From the NCBI GenBank assembly GCA_964016885.1, contig OZ024753.1:41726001-41790000 (forward strand): a stretch of 64,000 nucleotides of DNA, read 5' to 3'. A program made the translations under genes and the position numbers. Source of the DNA: Eledone cirrhosa. Its lineage: Eukaryota. Below, one piece after another: positions 51,353-64,000 of this stretch; the stretch's first letter is position 1, and each line of letters starts with the position of its first letter. Under the pieces are notes generated by a model, which was given only the letters and a program-made list of their open reading frames with translations, had not been told where the DNA came from and did no database searches.

Positions 51353-54300
51353 ATTATATAGGTGTAGGTAACACGGTAAAAACCTCCTAGTACACACTGT
51401 AAACGTGGTTGGTGTTGGGAAGGGCACCCAGCTGTAGAAAACTCGCCAGACAGTCCTATACGAGCAGGACAACCAATCTTGCCTCAAGTGGGAAAACTCC
51501 CGTCCAGACCCATGCAAGCGTGGAAGATAGACGTTAAACGATGATGATGATGATTATATATATATATATATGCTAGTGTGGAAAATGGGTGTTAAACGAT
51601 GATTCAATTCAATTCAATTCAATTCAATTCATTTGGCAGCAATTAAAACATAAATGCTTCAGATGCCATGTAAGGAGGGGGGGGGGCATTTACACAGTCC
51701 GAAACCCAGGGGTCCAACACCGGTCCAATGTCGCCTTGAATTGATGTGTGGTTGACGCGTTGACTACTACTTCTGGAAGCCGATTCCAGGGTCCAGAGAT
51801 GCGGATCGAGAAAGCAGCTTTCCGTCTATATATCTATATATATATATATATATAAATCAATAATAATGAGTTCAAATCTCAGGCGATCATTTACAATGAA
51901 ATAGCTCGAAGAAAGACAGTATTTCTGAGCCGTGTAATATAGGTTAACACAAATCAATATATTTGATAAACACAAATATCCTCATATTTATGTTTGTATT
52001 GTAAATGACCAAGTTAGCTAGATAGAAATATACTAATAATAATATTACAGTTTGCCTATCATGACTTAAGATAATACATCATAAATCAACAAAAACAAAT
52101 TGTACTGGCAATGGCCGTAGTGCTTGGACAAATTTAAATTTCAAAATCAAACCTGTTCCGTAGACAGGTTTAAACCCTAAAATCCAAATATGTTTCGAAT
52201 AATGAAAAAGTGGAAGAAAATACCGCATTTTGATCTCCTCAGCAAGCACTATAAAAATTGGTATGTTCCACTTCAAAATATTTAGGAAGACTGTTTAGCG
52301 CTTTTTTTCACTGCTCCTTCGTTGAGCTGATTTTAGCCCCGATCTCCTCAGCAAGCACTATAAAAATTGGTATGTTCCACTTCAAAATATTTAGGAAGAC
52401 TGTTTAGCGCTTTTTTTCACTGCTCCTTCGTTGAGCTGATTTTAGCCCCATACAAACGGCTGTTATTTCTAGCAGCACGAGTATGAGGCTAGCTAGACAC
52501 TGGATAACCGCATGAGGTTATCTCGTGCGCTAAACAGTCTTCCTAAATATTTTGAAGTGGAACATACCAATTTTTATATATTTGTGTTTATCAAATATAT
52601 TGATTTGTGTTAACCTATATATATATATAGATAGATATCATCATCGTTTAACGTCCATCTTCCACACACTAGCATGGGTTAGACGGTTTTGTTCCATTTG
52701 ATGTAGGAATAGTCGGGAGACCATGTTTCGCTCGTACAGAAGTGTATATATGTTACTTCAAAACATTTAGTTGCTGACTCCTAATGATATATTTTCTATT
52801 TTAGGTCTCTGAAAATACAGAAGAAAGTCACTACCGTCTCTTAAGACAAAAAATAAGGAACTACAACAACAACAGAAACTGTTTGAAGACCTATACTCTG
52901 CTAAAGTAAGGGGTTAGCATTATCGATCCCCTGATAGGCTTCGTACACATCGTATGAAGGGTGCTTTTTGAAGTAGTTGGATGCCTTTCCTGGTGCTAAC
53001 CTATTTAATCCTGTCTTATACTATATAGGGAGATTGTGTACCTATGGAGCTAAGTAAACAAAACCAAAATATCTAGATATAAAGAAATATTTCAATATAG
53101 TTTATTTGATAAAGAATCTTTAGTTGACTCTTAACATCCATACTGTGATAGGGCTGTGGCCCTTATCATTAACATGTCCCAGAAACCTTTTATGGGATAG
53201 TACACCAGGTAAACCTGCCTAGGTGTGAGCTGTAACAACATGATTGGCCTGGGGGATCTACAATAAAAACACCTAAGAAACCTCTTATGAAATACAACTT
53301 CATAGGACACAACCTAAACATACATAGGTCTGAGCTGTAACATGACCGGTTGAACAGGCCCTATCATTAAAACTGCCAATAAACCTCCTATAGGATATAA
53401 CTTGATAGAACACCAGCAAAACCTACATATGTGTGAGCTGTAACATTTGCATTTACATTGTCCTGTACCGTATGAAACCACATTAGCAAGACATTCTTGA
53501 ATAGTACAAAACAGCAATAGCTGCATCACATCATCATCATCATCATCATTTCATTTTACGTCCGCTTTTTCCCTGCTTGCAAGGGTGGGACGGGAACTGA
53601 TTCTGGCTTGATTTCTACAGCTGGATGCCCTTCCTAACACCAACCTCATTTACAGTGAGTGCTGGGTGCTTTTTTGCCGTGGCACCTCCACGACCACTTT
53701 GCAGTGGAATGATAGGGACCCCAGTCCCTATCATCTCATTTCTACAGCTGAGTAAACTGGAGCAATGTGAAATAAAGTGTCTTGCTCAAGGAAACAACAC
53801 ATCACCCGGTCTGAGAATTGAACTCACAACCTTTCGATTGCAAGCCCAATGCTCTAACCACTAAGCCATGTGCCTCCACATATGAAATATAAAGTTTTTA
53901 TACTCTAATATAAAAAAAAAGTACCAGTCAAGTACTAGAGTCGATTCTTCCTCTATATCTCTTTCCCACTTCCATTCTTTCATTCTCTCTATCTTTCTCT
54001 GGAAGAAATCTGCTGTGTTCAGACCTGGAGAGGAGATGGGCTCCACCAGATTTAAAGATGCCCTAAAAACGCTGTATATCAATTCGGGGCCTCTATGACT
54101 CCCTTGGGAGTTACACGACCATGCGATGTGATGCTCTGATACTACAAATTTGCACACTGACCTCTCCACTAGTAAAGATACTATTAACGTTTGAATTAAC
54201 AAACCTATATTTAGATATTTTCTTCTAAATAATTACAGGATGTTAAAAAAAAAATATGGGTATGGTTGTGTCGTTGTAAACTAAACACCTTAACCACACA

Positions 54301-54524
54301 GCCATACCTTTACCTATGTTTATGTCATAAACAACTAAATATTTTCCAAATAATCTTTCTATAAAGAAAGAAAATGTTTCTCAAGGTTATATTATTTTGA
54401 AGAAGTTTCATGAAATTATTTAAATATTGACTTTCATTAAATATTTATTAAATGTTGATTAAATATTTAGTTTTATTTATATTTTGAAATAGTGACTTGA
54501 ATGCATTTAAACTTGGTGATTATA

Positions 54525-54797
54525 AATTATTTCCTGGTTAAGGGCTTTTTACCTTATTTCACTTCTTGATTAAGGGCTGTTTACCTTATTTGACTTCCTG
54601 ATTAAGGGCCGGTTACCTTATCTTTCTTCCTGATTACGGGCCAGTTACCATATTTTATTTCCTGTTTAAGGGCCGGTTACCTTATCTTATTTCTTGGTTA
54701 AGGGCCGTTTACCTTATTTTACTTCCTGATTAAGAGCTGTTTACCTTATCTTATTTCCTGATTAAGGGCTGTTTGCCTTATTTTACTTTCTGATTAA
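54525..54797. repeat. About 30-bp tandem repeat
   Basis: TTCCTGATTAAGGGCYGKTTACCTTAT, about 9 copies. Confidence 0.85.
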
Positions 54798-55114
54798 CTA
54801 ACGAGAGAAGGTATAGCACCAACTCACAGGGAGGGACATATCAAACCCTCAACTATTTTAAAGACCCCTAATAGACTCTTTCAGCTGTAAAATCTACTGA
54901 AAATAGTTTTATTTATTTCAAGCTCAGTGGTATCATTTAATTAGTTATTATATTGTAATTGAGTAGTAACTCAATTAATTGTTAGTCGAGTTACTAATGT
55001 ATTATAAATATCTTTGTTTTGTTTAATGTTTCTCATACAATGAGGTCATTATGGAAATAATAAGGAAATTTATAAGTCTATTTACTGAAAATATCCAAAG
55101 AATGTGTGTAGGCA

Positions 55115-55428
55115 GTGCCTAATGGCTGAAACCAGTAAGATAATAAAAGAATGTGGTGCCTCAGCATGGCCAGATGCCTAATTACTGAAACCAGTAAAGA
55201 ATAAAAGAATATGGTGCCCTAGCATGGCCAGATGCCTAATTACTGAAACCAGTAAAGAATAAAAGAATATGGTGCCCTAGCATGGCCAGATGCCTAATTA
55301 CTGAAACCAGTAAAGAATAAAAGAATATGGTGCCCTAGCATGGCCGCAGTCTTAGGACTGAAACCAGTAAAGAATAAAAGAATGTGGTGCCCCAGCATGG
55401 CCATAGCCTGAAACCAGTAAAAGAATGT
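55115..55428. repeat. 58-bp tandem repeat of a SINE-like tail
   Basis: GAAACCAGTAAAGAATAAAAGAATATGGTGCCCTAGCATGGCCAGATGCCTAATTACT x5; single copies at about 7042-7102, 37610-37646(-), 43692-43711(-). Confidence 0.85.
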
Positions 55429-55525
55429 GATGTAAGTTTATGTCTAAATATTTCTTCAAAGCAACTCCACTTAGTTTCTAATATACCTCCATTAATTATA
55501 ATTATAATCCCAATTATATATTTAG

Positions 55526-55574
<49 letters not shown>

Positions 55575-55609
55575 CAGCCATACACATACATATATATACA
55601 GCTATACTT

Positions 55610-55651
<42 letters not shown>

Positions 55652-56804
55652 CTATACACATATATATGCAGCTATACATATATATATATATATATACAAC
55701 TATACACATACACATATATACAGCTATACACATACATATAGACACAGATATACACACACACATATATCTATATCATCATCATCATACGTCCATCTTCCAC
55801 GCTAGCATGGGTTAGACGGGAATTGTCCCACTTGAGGCAAGATTGGTCAGTGACCATGTCTCCCTCGTATAGGACTATCTGGCAGGTTTTCTAGGGCTGG
55901 ATGCCCTTCCTAACACCAACCACATTTACAGTGTGGACTGGGAGGTTTTTACCGTGTTACCTATACGACCACATTACAGCGTGGACTGTGTTTTTGTCAT
56001 GACACCTACACGACCTCATTAATTTGAACTGGATGTTGTGATACCAACTTTACAGAGAAAGGGTGGTGTTGGTGGGAGTGGGAGGATGGAGTAGGGGTAG
56101 TAGGTTGGGGTGTATATTTGGTTAAGAGGTGCCTACTGACTGTAGGTTTCACTTTGTACATAGGCAAGGCGGGGCTTCTGTATTACTGCGTGGTGCCAAA
56201 GATCTCAGTCCAATATATATATATACACACATAAAAAAGAAAATTTCGCTCTACATGGCTGAAATTTTCTTTTTTATTTGAATTTGAGAAAGCTGGCCAT
56301 TTATCGCTCATATACAGGAACCTGACTGGCCAGTCTGCTAATATGCAAATCAGGCTGATCAGTCACTGTGTATTTTTGAAAATAGCATATATCTTCACTA
56401 GCTCTGACAGTTTGGAAGGTGAACAGTAAGCTGTACTGCTGAAGGGTGATACCCAGAAACATTAGTGTCTGCAGTTCTGTTCGCATGCCAACACAAGAGC
56501 AAGAATGAAGGGTTCATTCTACTGACATGGCTATAAAATTGAGGCTTGTTTGCATAATTGCAAACAAATCGAATGTTATTATTAATATTCGAAAAACTCA
56601 GATTACATTTATTATATATATATATATACATAAACAGCTATACATATATATACAGCTATGCACAGATAGTGCCATTATATATAATAAAACTATTAGTAAA
56701 TATCTGTTGTTACAAATTGATTCTAAATTGAAACCTGAGTTGTTTGATCATTGGATTGAATACTTTCTGGTGATTTGTTCACTCTATACTTTGAGTTAAA
56801 AACC

Positions 56805-57100
56805 TGCCAAGGTCAATAAAAAAAGTATATCCAGTACTGAGACCAATTATTCCTCTCTCTCCCACCAAGGTCAACTTTGCCTTCAAGGTCAATAAAAAAA
56901 GTATATTCAAGTACTGAGACCAATTATTCCTCTCTCCTGCCAAGGTAACTTTGCCTTCAAGGTCAATAAAAAAAAGTACATTCCAGTACTGAGACCAATT
57001 ATTCCTCTCTCCTGCCAAGGTAACTTTGCCTTCAAGGTCAATAAAAAAAAGTATATTCCAGTACTGAAACTGATTATTCCTCTCTCTCCCGCCGAGGTTA
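56805..57100. repeat. Tandem amplification of the SINE A core, about 4 units
   Basis: CAAGGTCAATAAAAAAAGTA..CCAGTACTGAGACCAATTATTCCTCTCT..CCAAGGTAACTTTGCCTT repeated ahead of an intact core. Confidence 0.8.
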
Positions 57101-57644
57101 GCTTTGCTTTTCATCCTTTCGGGGTCGATAAAATAAAATACCAGTAACACACTGGGGTCGATTTATTCGACTTCTCTTTCCCCTAAATTTGTTGGCCTTG
57201 TGCCTAAATCAGAAACCATAGAGTTACGGCCCTTGCCATTCTGAATTCAAATCCCGCCGAGGTTAACTTTGCCTTTCATCCTTACGGGGTCGATAAAATA
57301 AAGTACCAGTAATGCACTGGGTAATTGCTGGCCTTGTGCCAAAAGTAGAAACAATTATTATTATAGAGAGGGTATGGCACTGGAATAATGGTGTTGGAAT
57401 GTCGAAAGTACAAGTTATTAATAATATTAATAATAATAACAATACAAGCAGAGTATGGATGAAGTAAAGATACAAGAGAGAATAGGATTTAATTTGTAAC
57501 TAAAGAGAATGTTGACTGTTTACTAAAGAAGGTTCAAAGTCATTGAAAACATAATACAAAGAACTACTAATTGTGAGTTTAAATTTGAAGTGAAATGAGT
57601 TGTTGTAAATCATAAACCTTATTGAATTTAACCTCTTTAGGATC

Positions 57645-58102
57645 GTAGACAATATAACTCGTCCTAACATGTATACATTCCAGTGTCACAGATGAGATAA
57701 CTCATCCTAACATGTATACATTCCAGTGTCACAAACGAGATAACTCGTCCTAACATGTATACATTCCAGTGTCACAGATGAGATAACTCATCCTAACATG
57801 TATACATTCCAGTGTCACAGACAATATAACTCGTCCTAACATGTATACATTCCAGTGTCACAGATGAGATATCTCGTCCTAACATGTATACATTCCAGTG
57901 CCACGGATGAGATAACTCGTCCTAACATGTATACATTCCAGTGTCACAGACGAGATAACTCATCCTAACATGTATACATTCCAGTGTCACAGATGAGATA
58001 TCTCGTCCTAACATGTATACATTCCAGTGTCACAGACGAGATAACTCGTCCTAACATGTATACATTCCAGTGTCACAGAAGAAATATCTTGTCCTAACAT
58101 GT
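57645..58102. repeat. 43-bp minisatellite, about 10 copies
   Basis: CCTAACATGTATACATTCCAGTGTCACAGATGAGATAACTCRT. Confidence 0.95.
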
Positions 58103-58258
58103 TTGAACTCATTTCCAACAGTTGATAACTACAAAGCTAGATGGGGTTACTAGTTTATTGATGTGATGTTTGTAAATCATTCAAATATATGTTGTTAATA
58201 AATATCTGTTTAAAAAAATAGTCATTTTACTGGAGAAAAAAAAAAAACACACACACAC

Positions 58259-59061
58259 ACACAGCAATTGTAGCTGTGTAAAATATACTCAGCAGTCAAC
58301 ACAGAAACTGTAGCTGTGTAAAATATACTCAGCAGTCAACACAGAAACTGTAGCTGTGTAAAATATACTCAGCAGTCAACACAGCAACTGTAGCTGTGTA
58401 AAATATACTCAGCAGTCAACATAGCAACTGTAGCTGTGTAAAATATACTCAGCAGTCAACATAGCAATTGTAGCTGTGTAAAATATACTCAGCAGTCAAC
58501 ACAGCAATTGTAGCTGTGTAAAATATACTCAGCAGTCAACACAGCAATTGTAGCTGTGTAAAATATACTCAGCAGTCAACACAGCAACTGTAGCTGTGTA
58601 AAATATACTCAGCAGTCAACATAGCAACTGTAGCTGTGTAAAATATACTCAGCAGTCAACACAGCAACTGTAGCTGTGTAAAATATACTCAGCAGTCAAC
58701 ACAGAAACTGTAGCTGTGTAAAATATACTCAGCAGTCAACACAGCAACTGTAGCTGTGTAAAATATACTCAGCAGTCAACACAGCAACTGTAGCTGTGTA
58801 AAATATACTCAGCAGTCAATACAGCAATTGTAGCTGTGTAAAATATACTCAGCAGTCAACACAGCAATTGTAGCTGTGTAAAATATACTCAGCAGTCAAC
58901 ACAGCAACTGTAGCTGTGTAAAATATACTCAGCAGTCAACACAGCAACTGTAGCTGTGTAAAATATACTCAGCAGTCAACACAGCAACTGTAGCTGTGTA
59001 AAATATACTCAGCAGTCAACACAGCAACTGTAGCTGTGTAAAATATACTCAGCAGTCAACA
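58259..59061. repeat. 40-bp minisatellite, 20 copies
   Basis: ACAGCAACTGTAGCTGTGTAAAATATACTCAGCAGTCAAC. Confidence 0.95.
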
Positions 59062-59134
59062 GGTTAATTAAAATAAAATTTTATTTCATATTATCTTACT
59101 CTTTTTTCTTCCTCTTTGCTCATTTATTCCTGAA

Positions 59135-59530
59135 AGGTTCATGGGGACAGAGTCCTCAGACATGCCTTCCAGAGGACCCTATCAAAAATAGTCAGCTCCC
59201 TAAATGAGATCAATCAAGGTTATGAATGTTATCCAACCATCTTGGTCATGGTCTACCTCTGGGTTTTCCCATGAAATCTCTCATGCGAGTCTTTCCTTAG
59301 ACACTGTAACCACACAACTATAGGACTGGTGCTGTGATCTCTCAATGTGGAGTAATAATAGTTTTATCTGGAGTGTCTACCTGATCTCTGAGTTATACAC
59401 TCTATCAAGTAATATTACTCCAAAGACCCCTCGGAGGAATCCCATTCCCGTCATTTGTATTCACAACCATATTCTTTCTGTCGTTACCCGAGATTCGTGA
59501 CCATAGGTAATATTAGGCATGAATACCAAA
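59135..59530 (-). mobile_element. Decayed RTE (Rex3/Expander-like) C-terminal fragment
   Basis: Minus strand reads PNITYGHESRVTTERIWL*IQMTGMGFLRGVFGVILLDRVYNSEIR*TLQIKLLLLHIERSQ, resembling remembered Rex3-type PTLTYGHE..IQAAEMSFLR..LLLHIERSQ; several stops. Confidence 0.7.
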
Positions 59531-61024
59531 TTGAAGATAATGAATTTGACTTTTACACCTACCATATATACTGGAATATAAACTGAGGAATATGTGACCA
59601 AAAAATTGATGGTAAAATGGGGGTGGGGGTCGGTTTATATTCGCCATCTAAACAATGTGTTGATTAGCTCTCGGCTTGTAAATGGGGTTTGGATTCTTGC
59701 CCATTTCTCAGTGATCCTCACATTTACTGCAGCATCCCGGATGTGGGAAGGAGCAAAAGAGTCGCTGAATGTGGTGACCCAACCAAATTAGATATCTGCG
59801 TCTTACCCAGGGACAAATGGTAAAACCATCTGATCTCTGGGCAATCCTGCCAACTCCAGAATTAAGGGGATATTTTACCTGGGCCAGGGCCCGCTTAATA
59901 ATTAAGTTTTGCTTGATATAGCAAGCTGCATTCAGGCAGCAAGACAAACCATGAAAATCTGTGGAAACAAGGAGACTACCACATCGACATTTCAGTCCTA
60001 CACAGACATAAGCTCCCACTCTGAGCTGGGCATTGTAGGCAATCTAAGTTTGTCAGTTCTTGATACAGAGCAAGTTAGACTGACACACCTGTCAACTCTC
60101 CCCGTTCAACAGGGAGATCTCCTGCCCACTTTGGGGTGGGTAAGAGATGTCTTCTCTTGTGAAAATGGGTATAGCCTTCATTATATAAAATCTCCCCTCT
60201 TTGCCTTATTTCTCACTATTTTGGGGCACTTTCTTCATGGTACTCTCCGTTTGGGATTTTAGAGGTTGGGAGGTCTGGACTGAATCAGAGTCTGGGATAA
60301 TCTACATTCAAAAGACACCTTCAACTTTCTCTTTAATTAATCTGATCAATTTTCAAGGTGTCACCTACATTCCATTATGTTGGTGCCCTGCCTATGACTA
60401 ACTTCGGTGGCTAAAAAAAATCCATATCACTAAAGCAGAGAGAGGGAGCCGATGTCGTGAGTTGGCGTACCTTGTGGTACATGAGTGATTGTGCGGGTCC
60501 CTACCTCCTTTTTTGTTCTACTTCTTTTCTTGTTTTTTAAATAAAATATTGTGTATATATATAATATATATATATATATAATTTTTGTAAATATTAAAGA
60601 CTGAAAATGTTTCCGACGGTTTTGGAGGTTAGATTTGTTTAAAACATATCAAAAACCACCTAGTAAATATAAATTTCATCTCCAATGTGAAACGGGTGTA
60701 ATTGTAAAAAATTACTTTTTGGCGATTTGTGACATTTTAAGTTTAGGGGGGAATCTGTGCCGCTAACAACGAAGTTCTTATCATTGTGGGCAGCAGACTT
60801 TATCGAAGTATTAAAATATTTGGGTAAAGTTATAGAAAAACACTCGCTGGGTGTTATTTAAATGACAGAGATGTGCTTCTCAGTAGGAAAAAAGGGGTTG
60901 TTTTGAAAGTGAGTCGGGTGTCAGATCCGTTGAAAACAAACTAGAAAAGAAAAATAATTCCCTACCAAAGAAAACTCCAAGGGTCCAGCCACCCGATACC
61001 CCGTCCATTTCGGGGGTGGGAGTA

Positions 61025-61063
61025 ATGGTCAATTGCGAGCATGTCGGAGGTCAGATTAGTTGA
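61025..61063 (+). promoter_or_regulatory. Candidate AMD1 uORF MVNCEHVGGQIS*
   Basis: ATG in good context (gtaATGg), 12 codons ending G-Q-I-S-TGA, about 350 nt upstream of the AMD1 ATG; the end resembles the mammalian MAGDIS uORF. TSS unknown. Confidence 0.4.
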
Positions 61064-61415
61064 AAACCCACGAAAAAATCCTAGGTGTAAACATTTTTTT
61101 TTTGTTCTTAACGAACCCTTAATCGGTGTAAAGGGGATAAAGTCCCTTGTATTTTTTATCGGAAATGTACATCTAATGTAAATTAACGGTTTTTATTTGT
61201 TTGTTTTTATTTTTATTCATTTGAAATATTCCCGAAAATGATAAAAGCAAAATTTGTATTAAAAAAAATTAGATAAAACACATTCTGTAGTTAGTATTAT
61301 TATTAGTATTATTATTATGCACTTGTTCCTCATCTCCCCTCACACACTTCATACCACAATATATTATATTATATATACTAACAACACCACCATCGCCACA
61401 ACACATTCGACAACT

Positions 61416-61513
61416 ATGGCCTCTGCAAATAATTTCTTCGAAGGAACGGAAAAATTACTCGAAGTCTGGTTTTCACCTGCCACAGATTCTAAGGATCTTA
61501 GGATAATTTCTCA
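61416..61513 (+). CDS. AMD1: S-adenosylmethionine decarboxylase proenzyme, first coding exon (gene continues beyond the window)
   Basis: MASANNFFEGTEKLLEVWFSPATDSKDLRIIS then phase-2 donor GTAAGT at 61514. FFEGTEKLLEVWF..DLR is the hallmark N-terminus of eukaryotic AdoMetDC. No second exon found before 64000. Confidence 0.93.
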
Positions 61514-61945
61514 GTAAGTTTTAACTTCTCTAGTACCTTAGTTATCTATCTCACTGGTATTACGGGTGTTCGTCATTTATATTTTAGGTGTCTTACTTCA
61601 TTCCTACTAACATGTAATATAGAAGCTTGCAAAATTACGGGTATTTTACAACGTACACACATCTTCATTATATATATATATATATGTGTGTGTGTATATA
61701 TACATATATGTGTGTGTGTATATATATATATATATATGCGTATATGTATATATATATGCATATATATATATATATATATATGCATATTTATTTATAGATG
61801 TATGTTTATATACATACACGTCTATACATATATAAACACATGATATATACATTTCAGTATGTGCTTTATTCCAACGAACATCTTATATACATACATAGCT
61901 TGTAAATATGAATTATTTTCAACAACGTACACACATCTCTCTCTC

Positions 61946-61978
<33 letters not shown>

Positions 61979-62338
61979 CAGGCAAATAAATTATTTCTAG
62001 GTTTCAGGTTTGACAGTAATATGCTTGTTACTCAGCCACACTAATATATATATATATAATCAGACACGACGATGGGACTAACATATTATATAACTTCTCG
62101 TTTTCGTTGTGTATACTAATTTATTTTGTCACGAAGAGGACAGAAAAAACATTCGTCGTTGTGTATATATATATATATATGAAATACTGTTGGCTTTTTG
62201 CTCACAATAATTTCTATACTTTTCATTTATATATATATATATATATATATATACTTGACTTTAAAACGAAAATTAATAGATATGTGTACAATTGAAATAA
62301 GATATTGCTGCCAATATATATATATATATGTGTGTATA

Positions 62339-62431
62339 TAGCAATATTACTTTTTGTTTAGAATAATTACTGTTATGTTTACACATCTCATATCTTCATA
62401 GAATATATATATACATATGTGTATATATATG

Positions 62432-62474
<43 letters not shown>

Positions 62475-62532
62475 TCCATGTAGATGAGATGTGTAAACAT
62501 AACAGTACTCTAAACAAAAAGTAATATCGCTA
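62339..62532. repeat. Inverted repeat (about 60-bp arms) around (TA)n in AMD1 intron 1
   Basis: ATATTACTTTTTGTTTAGA..TACTGTTATGTTTACACATCTCAT versus ATGAGATGTGTAAACATAACAGTA..TCTAAACAAAAAGTAATAT. Confidence 0.9.
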
Positions 62533-63124
62533 TGTGCGCCTTCCTCTGTCTTCATTAACGAAGCTATTAATTACGTAAACATATTCTTCACTGCGGCTTT
62601 TTTTTTTTTATTTTGTGTATAATGTATTGATTGCTCTTTCCTTTTGAGTTGACGAATCTCTGATTGATGAAATGAAAACGAAATTGTACCTAATTGATCT
62701 ATAGATATATATATATAGAGATAAAATCTCTATATATCTCAATTTGGGGCGATAAAAGCAAGACCGGCTAAAATAAGTGTGTTTTACTTATCTTGGTTAT
62801 GGTCTGTCTATGTATTAAAGACAATTAACTTTGTATTGAATGATTTATTAGTAAAAGGAATATAGCAATATGTATGGATCATAATTTTAACTCTTCAATT
62901 CCTTACCAAGTAACTGGTATGTTCCTTACCAAGAATTCTGTGTATGTAGTAAATTCAGAATGATTTATTTAGTAAAAAAAAAAAAATGTTTAAAATCAAA
63001 ATATGTTTAATAATGAAAGAAAATTAATAGCAATTGATTTAAGCGAATGTAAAATGAAATGATCTGCAATTACCGTCTAATTAAAACGAAAGAACAAGTT
63101 GTTGACAACTAAACACGCGGTATT

Positions 63125-63160
<36 letters not shown>

Positions 63161-64000
63161 TATATATATATATATTTATTAAATATATATATATATATAT
63201 ATATAACATTACGGATTGCTCACAATTCTTTCAGAATAACATTATCAATATAATGCCGTTGATAAATACAAATATATACACTTTATAACAAATACAATTA
63301 ACCAATGCTTAGGAACCTCACAAAAACAACGTGTGCACGTGTCTAGATAGGAAATCTACATTACTGAATGTAAACATCTTAAGATATAAATGTTATGAAT
63401 AATGATCGTTACTGCTCAAATTATCTCTGACTTCTTGAACTAAACCTTACACAGAATAATACAATTATATATTTTATAGTAGCTGGTCCCTTACTGGGTC
63501 AGTGAGCTAAATTTAAAATTTAAAATATTTGGGGTTAATTTTTTATTATTACATATGTCGCCGTGACGAATTTTAAGGACCACAGAAAATGCATAAAAAA
63601 TCATAGAAAAAAGAACAAATTTCACCTTCAGAATTCTAACCATGCCTAAATATTATAATTATTATTTTTTACTATTACACCCGTCACACTGTTGGGTGTG
63701 CTTTCTTTTCTAAATATAATAATTTCAAGTACTTTGTTATAAATACACACTATTGGGTATCCTTTCTTCTCTAAATATAAACATTTCTCTGTTTTGGTTA
63801 TCTACACTGTATAACAATCTGGAAAGTTTGTTCAAGTTAAAGGGGGTTTTAGTTGACAAAACGTTGGGGGCTGCTGGGGTCATGCCCTTTCCAGCGCCCC
63901 TACAACTCCGGCGGGAGTTATGGGACCATTTATGAATGCATGCATACATACATATTAATCTTAAACAAATGTTTAATAAACTACACCATGAATGTTAGCT

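Overview
AT-rich, microsatellite-dense eukaryotic (metazoan) genomic DNA. The repeat landscape ((TA)n/(TACA)n blocks, tRNA-derived SINEs, RTE LINEs with (GAT)n tails) suggests an octopus-like mollusc, but that is inference. Almost all long ORFs in the supplied track are translations of simple repeats. Manual splicing gives four real genes: MED28 (+, 4 coding exons, 22644-25435), TRAPPC1/BET5 (-, 4 coding exons, 30428-26946, with a U12-type minor intron), centrobin CNTROB (+, about 20 coding exons, 33396-~48104, head-to-head with TRAPPC1 as I recall for human), and exon 1 of AMD1 (SAM decarboxylase, +, 61416-61513), preceded by a uORF ending G-Q-I-S-stop that resembles MAGDIS. The window also holds a 5'-truncated but uninterrupted RTE LINE with a PHD-type finger inside its RT, decayed CRE and Rex3/Expander-like fragments, piggyBac/hAT/Tc-mariner-type MITEs, fold-back fragments embedded in (TA)n, and many minisatellites, several visibly amplified from pieces of MITEs, SINEs or an exon. 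No CRISPR array, rRNA or functional tRNA is supported. Repeat boundaries are approximate; protein identifications are from remembered sequences, not a database search.
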